Assembly: GCA_965644315.1 (NCBI GenBank)
Contig: CBFFRQ010000006.1
Location: forward strand, 117,535 to 181,534
Direction: 5' to 3'
Source of the DNA: Caecitellus pseudoparvulus
Taxonomy: Eukaryota > Protista > Bigyra: Bicosoecida
DNA: 64,000 nt
Positions within the stretch are counted from its first letter, which is position 1; each line of letters starts with the position of its first letter. The position numbers were made by a program, and so were the translations under genes. Shown here in pieces: positions 49,383 to 58,000 of this stretch. The notes below the pieces were generated by a model. It ran no database searches and was not told the origin of the DNA. It worked only from the letters and a program-made list of their open reading frames with translations.

Positions 49383-51741
49383 ATGGCAGCTGCTTCTACC
49401 CCTCAGGGCGGGCTGGAAGATGTCGTGTTCAAGACTGAGCGATTGGAGGACACATTCGAGGTGGGGGACGTGCTGGGGAAGTGAGTGGCGGCAGGGGCCG
49501 TGTGCAGCTCGCCGCTCTTGGCCACCACAAACCGCTGCGGATTTTGCAGGGGAGCGTACAGCATCGTGAAACAAGGCACACACAAGGCGACAGGCGCAAA
49601 GGTCGCCATCAAGTTCGTCAACACGCGCATGTTCAAGAAGTCCTCCGAGTGCCTGCGCGAGACTGTGAAGGAGATCCAGGCTCTGCGCCAGGTGCGTGGT
49701 GCTGACTGCGGAGTTGTGGCGGCGCACACTGGCTCGCACGCTTCAGTCGCCTGGCCCGCCGCAGATTGAGGAAGCCACCAATGGCCACCCCGCCCTGCTG
49801 AAGTTCCTGGGTGCCTACCGCGACACGGCAGGCCCAGACCACACTGAGCGCCTGATGATCGTGACCCAGCTGTGCAGCGGGGGCGACCTGTTCGACCGCA
49901 TCTTGAGCAACGCCCAGAAAGGCATCGTGTACAGCGAGGCGCAGGTGGCGACCATCTTCTCCCAGCTGCTGCTGGGCCTGCAGGCCATGCACGAGCAGGG
50001 ACACATCCTGCACTGCGATCTGAAGAACGAGAACTTCCTCCTGGTGGGGGAGGGCGACGAGGCTGGCCTGGTCATCGCCGACTTCGGCATGGCGCAGGGC
50101 TTCTCCGGGGAGCCAGACGCCGTGACGACGGGGCCCAAGCGTGGCACGTGGGGCTACATGTCCCCCGAGCTGCTGGCGCACCGCGAAATCAGCGTCAAGA
50201 GCGACATGTGGGCCATGGGCGTCGCGCTGTACATTGCCCTCAAGGCGTCCCTGCCCTATGACCCCGCACGCATCCAGAGGTACGGCGCAGGGGCCATCAC
50301 ACAGTACCCCATTGACACCAGCGCCAAGGCTCTGCGCCTGTCCACGGCAGCAGCAGACCTGCTGACCCACATGCTGGACATCAACCCCTCCACACGCTTC
50401 TCCCCCGCCCAGGCGCTGCAGCACCCGTTCCTGGCCGACGCAGCAGCCGCCAGCACAGAGGCACTGGACCTGCGCAAGTTGAAGGGGTTCCGGGCGCGCA
50501 TGCGCCTGAAGGCGTCGGCTGCCGCCGTCACGGCAGGCACGTACTTGGGGCACCTGACCCGTCTGCGCACGCTGGTGCATGGGGTGGACGTGAAGGACAT
50601 GCAGTACGAACAAATGCGCAGCGCATTCATGAAGGCCAGTCACGCGGAGGACGGCAGCCGCGCAGGGGTGGCGGTGGGCCTGGACGCCTTCAAGGTGGTG
50701 CTGGCGGACTTGGGCCTGGGGGCCCTGCCTGCCGAGAGCATGTTTGCTGCCCTGGACGACGACGGGAACGGCGAGGTGGACTTCAAGGAGTTCATGTGTG
50801 GGCTGGCCCTCATGCAGGGGCCGTCGGAAGGCGCCTTGAAGATGTGCTTCCGCATCTGCGACGTGGACGGCAGCGGTTCCCTGTCCCCCTCGGAGATGGG
50901 CGTCATCCTGCGGAATTTGTCCACTGGGGACGCCGACGAGGACCAGCGCCAGGCCGACGCCCTGGCGCACGTATTTGAGACGCTGGACGTGGACGGCGAC
51001 GGGGAGGTGTCGTGGGATGAGTTTAAGGCGGGTGTGGCCAAGGACCCGTTCCTGGTGAACGCGCTCCTGAAGCCAGTGCAGCACGCCACGTCCAAGCGCA
51101 AGGGTTTCACTCTCCTGGACGCTGCGGCCGCGGTGACATCGCCTGCAGCCGCCACACCGCCTCCAGTTCCCGGTGCTGCAGGTGGCTTGACGGGGCCAGC
51201 CATGTCCACGGCCCAGCCTGAGCCCGCTGCTGCGCCCCCTGTAGCGGTGATCATGGGCTCAGACAGCGACCTGCCCACGTTGGTGCCGGGGCTGAAGGTG
51301 CTGGAGGAGTTCGGGCTGAAGCCTGAAGTCACTGTGGTCAGCGCCCACCGCACGCCGGAGCGCATGGTGGCGTGGGCCAAGGCTGCGCGGGGTCGGGGGG
51401 TGCAGGTCATCATTGCCGCGGCAGGGGGAGCGGCCCACCTGCCCGGCATGACTGCTGCTCTCACCACCCTGCCCGTCATTGGCGTACCCGTGCCGCTGAA
51501 GCACCTGGATGGTGTGGATTCCCTGCACTCCATCGTCCAAATGCCGCGCGGCGTGCCCGTGGCCACCGTGGGCATCGGCAACGCCACCAACGCCGCTCTG
51601 CTCGCCCTGCGCATCCTCAGCATCTCACAGCCTGACCTGGCTGTCAAGCTGCAGGCAAGGGCAGACGCCTCCAGGGATGCCGTGCAGGTGAAGGCGACGC
51701 AGATGGAGGCCAGCGGGTGGAAGGCATTCAGCGACGAGTGA
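49383..51741 (+). CDS. Fusion protein: CCaMK/CDPK-like Ser/Thr kinase, CaM-binding/junction segment, 3 EF-hands, Ala/Pro linker and PurE (N5-CAIR mutase / AIR carboxylase catalytic domain); exons 49383-49480, 49550-49691, 49765-51741; ~738 aa
   Basis: Kinase motifs [29 protein letters not shown] and [10 protein letters not shown] loops [12 protein letters not shown] (50755), [12 protein letters not shown] (50860) and [12 protein letters not shown] (50986). PurE from ~51241: [53 protein letters not shown]. No stop codon between the modules. Confidence 0.9.
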
Positions 51742-52130
51742 TTGGCAGGTGACACCCCTTTTTGGTGGCCAAGCCGACACAATGCAGCTTGGACTTCAAA
51801 TATCAGTGCAGTGCATTGTGGTGAATTGTTGTGCTTCGCTGACGAGCCACAGCGTACGCCGTGTGTTGTTCAGCACTGCAGGCCTGCGTTTCACTGCAAC
51901 TCCCGCAACTGCCAAGTGGCAGTCATCGTTTGGAGGCAGAGGATATCTGGTTCATGTCCCGCGACAGAGTTCAAAAATAGGTTTTGACGAGAGGCGACAG
52001 AGGTTTAGGGCCGAGAGTGCTGCCGTGTTTCTCCCAGGAGTGTTGCAAAACCTGCGGCGAGTTCGGGTGTGAAACGCTGGCAACTTTCTGATTCGTGTCA
52101 CTGCAGAGTGTCGCGCAGGGTTGGGACAAG

Positions 52131-54260
52131 ATGGCGATTGAAGGTAGCAGAAAATCAAAAAGTGCTTGCACCTGCTCGACATCAACGAGCATCCGCTTGC
52201 TTCTGGCGTGCGCGGCCGTGCCTCTGCTCCTGGTGCTGTATGTCGGTCAAGGCAGCTCTGCTGACGAGCGGGATACCTTCATCAACACGGCATTTCGACA
52301 CGTCCAGCGGCCTTTCTCTGGCGCACTGTCTGGATTCCTTGCCTCCAGCTCCGACGCTGGGGCGACCAGTGGGCCGTACGGCACGCTGTCTCTGCAGCGC
52401 ACCTTCCAGCTGCCTGAGCCGACGCCTGACGATGGCAGCGTGTTGCAAGGCTGGCAGTCAGCCTTTGGGCCACAGGCAAGTGTGCAAGTCATGGTGCATG
52501 CTTCTGGCGATGTGGCCGAATTGGGCCAAGTCCTCTCGCAGCTGCAGGCGACTGCCTTTGCCGGCTTGCCGCCCCTCCATCTGCGCGTTTGTGTCGCAGA
52601 AAGCGACGTGGCTGATCACACCGAGCTGCAGGGTGTGGTGCAGAACGCTACGTGGTCACATGGGACGGTGGACTTGCGGTTCGCGCGGGAGTCCTCAGAG
52701 GCGGGCGTGTGGCAGGCTTGCTGGGCGGACGGCGGCGGGGGTGTGCGGGCGGGGGGGCGTGCAGAGGCTGAGCTGGGCGTGATGTTTGAGGAGGGTGTGG
52801 TGCTATCACGCCACTGGGCCAAGTGGCTCGTCATGGCGGCAACCCAGTACAGGGCCTATGCCAACGTGACAAGTTTTTCGCTGCTGCAGCCTGTGCTGTT
52901 GACGGTAGACAGCCTGGGCAACGCGACGGACCACACGCCCCTTGGCAGCCTGGCTTTCGGGCATCAAGCCTTCAAGTTGACCGGTTCAGCGATGCCCCGA
53001 GAGACGTGGGCAGCATTTTCGCAGTGGAGGAAGGTCGACAGGCCTGCACCGGGACTAGGCGGCAGGGGGCTGCTGGCGACGTCGCTGCAGTCTCAGTGGG
53101 AGGCTTTTTGCCTGGAGGCGGGCAGCTTTGCACTTGCTGCGAACCTTGGACACGGCCTGCGATGGGCAGTCACTGGAAATGCCACTGACGAGCGCGTGGT
53201 GCCCTTCTGGCGCAGGGAGTACGGCGCACTCCCTGACAAGCCTGTCCTGCTGGCGCAGAACCTGTCTCTGGCGGCACACTCGCCGCGCCATGCCGACGCA
53301 GAGGTGATTGCTCTGGCTGCGCTTGTCAAGGAGGCGTCTCCACCTGGTCCAGCGGGGTTTGCGGGCATCATCATCATGAACGCAGGCTACGCACAGATGA
53401 CGCTCTCCTGGCTGTGCAACACTGCAGACATGCCAGGCGCACATGAGCGCACCATTATTGTGTGCACAGACCAGCTCTGCCTGTCGCTGCTGCGAACTGA
53501 GCCGCGGGCTGCCAAGCTCTTTGCCGTGGTTGGCATCGACTTGTTCCGACGCGCAGACGATGTGCCGGGCGCCAGCAAGTTCGCAACCCGCACCAACCAA
53601 GCCCAGACACTGCTGTACGCCAGCCCGAACTACGTGCTCATGATGGTCGCCCGGACAAAGTTCCTCACACAGCTCGTGGAGCATGGAGCGAGCTACCTGC
53701 TCTTCGAAACGGACGCACTGTGGACTCAGAGTGCCTACGATTGGATAGATGCTGCGCTGGATTCTGGGCACGTGGGCATTTTCAATGCTTCAGCGGACAG
53801 GTCCCCAGACCAGCCCCCCTTTGACTTTGTCGGGTACGTCGACGTGCAGCCAGACAAGCTGGGGGGCGGCTTCTTCCTCGCCATGGCCACCCCCTCCACG
53901 GTGACCTTCTTCCGAGACTGGACTGCAGCGGTGGACAAGCAAATGGCGCGACTCGGAGTCGTGGAGGGCCGCCCAGCTGGCACAGTTTCCGACCAAGTGC
54001 AGCTCCAGAACATGTTCCGGGAACGGGTCAAACAGGGCGGCATGGCGTACTTCCCCACGAAAGTCTTCCCCTCGGGCCAGTGGTACGACGGGCGCAGGCC
54101 CAAGGAGGGCGGGCTGCACAATGCCAAGGACCAAGGGGTTGTCGTGCTGCAGTTCAACTGGATCATGGGCAATGACCGCAAGATCCGCCGTGCAAAGCAG
54201 TACAGGCACTGGTTCCTGTCTGAAGATGGGAGCTGCCTGCCGCCTCAAGTGCCCGAGTAA
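52131..54260 (+). CDS. Type II membrane glycosyltransferase with a C-terminal nucleotide-diphospho-sugar transferase (GT77-like) domain; ~709 aa
   Basis: N-terminal TM segment IRLLLACAAVPLLLVLYVG. Motifs NAGYAQMTLSWLCN, YLLFETDALW, GGGFF, DQVQLQ, FPSGQWY and LQFNWIMGNDRKIRRAKQYRHWFL. Confidence 0.75.
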   Translation: MAIEGSRKSKSACTCSTSTSIRLLLACAAVPLLLVLYVGQGSSADERDTFINTAFRHVQRPFSGALSGFLASSSDAGATSGPYGTLSLQRTFQLPEPTPDDGSVLQGWQSAFGPQASVQVMVHASGDVAELGQVLSQLQATAFAGLPPLHLRVCVAESDVADHTELQGVVQNATWSHGTVDLRFARESSEAGVWQACWADGGGGVRAGGRAEAELGVMFEEGVVLSRHWAKWLVMAATQYRAYANVTSFSLLQPVLLTVDSLGNATDHTPLGSLAFGHQAFKLTGSAMPRETWAAFSQWRKVDRPAPGLGGRGLLATSLQSQWEAFCLEAGSFALAANLGHGLRWAVTGNATDERVVPFWRREYGALPDKPVLLAQNLSLAAHSPRHADAEVIALAALVKEASPPGPAGFAGIIIMNAGYAQMTLSWLCNTADMPGAHERTIIVCTDQLCLSLLRTEPRAAKLFAVVGIDLFRRADDVPGASKFATRTNQAQTLLYASPNYVLMMVARTKFLTQLVEHGASYLLFETDALWTQSAYDWIDAALDSGHVGIFNASADRSPDQPPFDFVGYVDVQPDKLGGGFFLAMATPSTVTFFRDWTAAVDKQMARLGVVEGRPAGTVSDQVQLQNMFRERVKQGGMAYFPTKVFPSGQWYDGRRPKEGGLHNAKDQGVVVLQFNWIMGNDRKIRRAKQYRHWFLSEDGSCLPPQVPE

Positions 54261-54319
54261 AGTGCAAGTGAGGATGGAGGGAAGCTCGTGATGCCCTGAG
54301 TTCCCCAACTTGTGCAGGC

Positions 54320-54680
54320 CCAAGAACCGTGGCATGGGCAGGATAGGGGTATGCAGGTGGTTTGAACATGCAGGCAGTGCTTTGTGCTGCTTTTGGGGCA
54401 CGTGCCAGTTAGTGCCAGGGTTTGGCTGTGCAGCCTTGGCGACGCATATGAGTACGGGAAGGGCGTGCCAAGGGACACAGTCCAGACCGTGCGGCTGTAC
54501 CGGACAGTGGCTAAGTCAGGGGGGTGCGAATGGCCAGTTCAGTCTCGGCGATAAGCATACGCTTGGAAAGTGGGTTGGGCAGAAGGTGCGGGAGTCGGTC
54601 CAGTGGTACGAGGGAGCCTCAGAGCAAGGGCACAGGCGCTCTGCCGAGGCTCTCCAGCGCATTAGGTGGGAAAAGGCACG
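54320..54680 (+). pseudogene. Frameshifted Sel1-like repeat relic
   Basis: LCSLGDAYEYGKGVPRDTVQTVRLYRTVAKSG in one frame continues as GANGQFSLGDKHTLGKWVGQKVRESVQWYEGASEQGHRRSAEAL in another, switching at the G6 run 54519-54524. There is an in-frame TGA at 54363 and no clean start. Confidence 0.6.
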
Positions 54681-55004
54681 AGTGCTTGTGCAGTTCTGTG
54701 CTTTCAGCACCGAACATGGGAGCAAGATGTGGAGTTGTTTTGGGGTCCATTTCAGGCTGATCGCACACTTGCTCATTGTGGAGGAGCTTGCGTGTCCAAC
54801 GAAAACGAGAACCAGTCTGAGCAATGAACGACCAAACACAATTTGGAGTATCGACTGGGGCCTTTCCTTACGAGTACTAACGCATCTTGCTCCATTGGAG
54901 CAGTACAGTGGGAGAAAGTGTTCAGCCGTTTCGTCGGAGTTGCACGAAACGACACCGACCGCGTTGGCTGACGCAGAAAGCAAGAGAGGAAGCGAGCGCG
55001 CACC

Positions 55005-58000
55005 ATGCATCGTCCCTTGTGTGTTTCATTGCTTTTATATCTTGGGCCCTGCAAGTTTCTTCAGGGGCGCTCTACGTCGAGCAGCATGGCTGGGATGGTG
55101 TGGGCTTGCTGTCGGCTGGCGGGAGTGCTTGCGACAGGACCGCGCGAGTGAACTCTGCTGCACGCTGTCCTGCACGGCAGCAGACACTGCACCGCGCGTT
55201 CAGCGTGAAGCTCGGTCCCACCCATGCCACGAGCACTCCACCACTGCGTCGTGCACTGTTTCAAGAGCCTGCGCACTTGGGCAAAGGTGAGTGACGTCGC
55301 TGCGTGCACCTGAACACTGACTGCGTTAGCAACCCACAGAGATGCACCAGCGCAAAACACTGCACTTCTTGTTGTACAGGCCTGCCCTTTGAAGATGTCG
55401 ACGCCATCTTGGATCATGACGTCAACGCCATCAACGCCTCGCACCCTGCGCTGCTGGCGGCTGCTGCCGCCATCAACGCCTCCATGGCCCTCACAGGACT
55501 GGGCAGCGCCATGGACCTGGGGGCAGACTATGACGGCGACGGGGCCCGGGACTGGATCTTGGGTGCGCCCTTGCTTGCCGTTGGGGGGCGGCAGGTGGGT
55601 GGCGTGTTCTTCCTCTCGGCAATGGGCGGTCCACGAGGCGTACCAGCTGAGCGCTTGTGGCAGGCTGGAGACGACTTGGCGGTGTCCAACGTCACCATCG
55701 TGTCTCTGACCTCCACGGCTGGCAATGCTAACATCTCCGAACTGGGGGGCACCAGCTACAAGCCTGCCTTTGGCGCGTCAGTGGCTGTGTTGGGGGATGT
55801 GGACAGCAACGGGTGGCCGGATGTGGCGGTGGGCGCTCCAGGGGACGTGTTCGGGAAGGACGCCAGCGGTGGGCGGGTGTTCATCCTGTTCATGGAGGCA
55901 GGGCCACGTGTACTGCGGTACACTGTCCTGGACCGTAAGACTGTGCCTGGTCTGCGGCCCAGCGCTTACATCGGGCAAGCTCGCCTGGGCCACAGCGTCG
56001 TGGGGCTGCGCGACCTGAACTCGGACGGCGTGCCTGACCTCGCCATTGGCGCACGCACCACACGACACACTTGGTTGCGGGTGCCGTTTGCCCGGGGCCC
56101 TGAGGTGCTGGTGGTGTTCCTGGACCAGTACGGGCACGCCCGCAACGTCACACACCTGCACAACCTTGTGGAGGGCGGAGGGCACCAGTACAGCCCCTTC
56201 AACCCCCAGGCCGAACACTGGGGCGAAGCACCACCCCGCAGGCCAGACGGCACGACATTCGATCGGCAGTACAACGAGCACCACGATGATTGGTTCGGAC
56301 TGAGTCTGGCGTACTTGGGGCGAGGCGTGCTGGCCATTGGTGCTCCAGGCCGCCGCAACGCGGATCGTGCCATGCGCAGTCTGGACGGAACAGTCGTGTT
56401 GCTGACGCTGAGTCCCACTGGCATGCCGACTCGCCTGCACTTGATCGATAATGGTGCCTTTCACGACTTGCAGCTGGCGAAGGCGGATGAGAACCCCAAC
56501 GTGCGCAATGGTCTGGGCATGTCCTTGGCAGCTGTGCCGCCTGCGAACGGTGACGGCACGATGGACTTACTCATTGGCGCGCCGCCTACTGCGCTGCTGG
56601 TGCCGTTAGATGATGCCTTTCAGCCCAGTGGAGAGTACTTCAGCCTGAGCCACGAAGGCGTGCTGTGGCGCCCCAACGCGACTCTGGGGGACACCGTGCC
56701 GTCTGCACTGCAGGGGCTGCGCGAAGGGTCAGCTCCAGGCGCGTGGCAGACCTGGGCAGCTGGCATAGTGGTGGCCTGGACGAGGGATGACGCGCCGCCT
56801 GCTCTGGCCGGGCGAGAGGCGGAGTCGCCGCAGCTGAACGCTGCCCTGCAGCTGGCCATCAGCTTGCCAGGTGTGCTGTGGAGCGAGGAACGACCCAGTC
56901 GGCAGTGCGGGTCTGTGTTTTCGTCAACATCGCCGACATCTTTCTCCACATCCACCGGCTCCTGTCCTTCCACATCGTCTGCAGATCCTGCCAGTGCGCC
57001 AGAGTACGCCGAGTCCATCCTCTTCACAGCCCTGCGCTTGCCTCCTGCGCCAACACTGGCGTCACAGCTGGGAGGTGACGACGTACAAGGGCCAGCTGTG
57101 CTGCTCACAGCCCCCACATTAATTTCACCTGCCGTGGAGGAGGCTCTCCTTCCCAATACCAGCAATTCTGATGCAATGTCCCTTCATGATCGCTGGGAGT
57201 ACGCTGAGGAGGCAGTGTTTGGATCCAGTGTGCTCGCGCTGCCGTTCTTGACCGAGGCGCCTTGGCCATCTTGGCTGGAGCCCCAGGGTGATGGAGTTCC
57301 CTCTAACAGCGACAATCTGCCGTGGGAGGAGGGGCATGCAGGAGAGTGGCATAAGAAAGGCATCCGCATTCTGTTGATTGGCGTGGAACATATTGGAAAT
57401 GCCAGTACTGGTACAGTGGGGCTGCTGCAAGTCGCGTACGATGCGACTGCGCGCAAAGTGATTGCATCCCACATGGTAGCAGTAACCCAGAGGGTTGTAG
57501 GTTCAGACTCACGCTTCAATCTTGATCCTGGAGTCTTGCAGGGATTTGGCCGTTGCATGGCATTCGTGCGCTTTCACCAGCAGAATGGGCACGATTGGAG
57601 CCGCCCCCTTGGTTATGGGAACATCGCAATTGGCGCACCAGATACCAAAATCGAGAATTATGCGCATGCAGGGGCGCTCGTCCAACTTGACGTTTTGGGG
57701 TACGAAGTGCAATCGCCGAAGCACAAGAGTGGTTCTACCATTGTCCTGTCGCCAGAAGTCTTTACAAGCGTTGAGCCAAACATCGGCCCCATCGCCCATG
57801 CCATGACTGTCATTCGCAAGCCTCAACAAGAGTCCGGTAACCCATATGAAACTCTTGTCCTCTCGTCTCCGAGCACTAATTCCTCAACTCCACATGCCGC
57901 ACTGGCCTTCTTTGAGGCTTTCGCGGGTTCCAAATCCCGGCTTCACTGGCTAGACGGCTCGCCAGCTGTCTGTTCGTCTGCGTCAGATGGCTTGACTCGC

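Noticed and set aside
49633-51782. Long minus-strand ORFs (483 and 380 aa), and similar ones throughout the window such as 30736-32301, 28191-29594, 33555-34625 and 62581-63291
   Set aside because: Expected shadows of GC-rich, codon-biased real genes on the opposite strand.
54310-55290. 326-aa ORF as an intact gene
   Set aside because: Only a short part is Sel1-like and the adjacent repeat is in another frame; the rest looks non-coding or overlaps the FG-GAP first exon.
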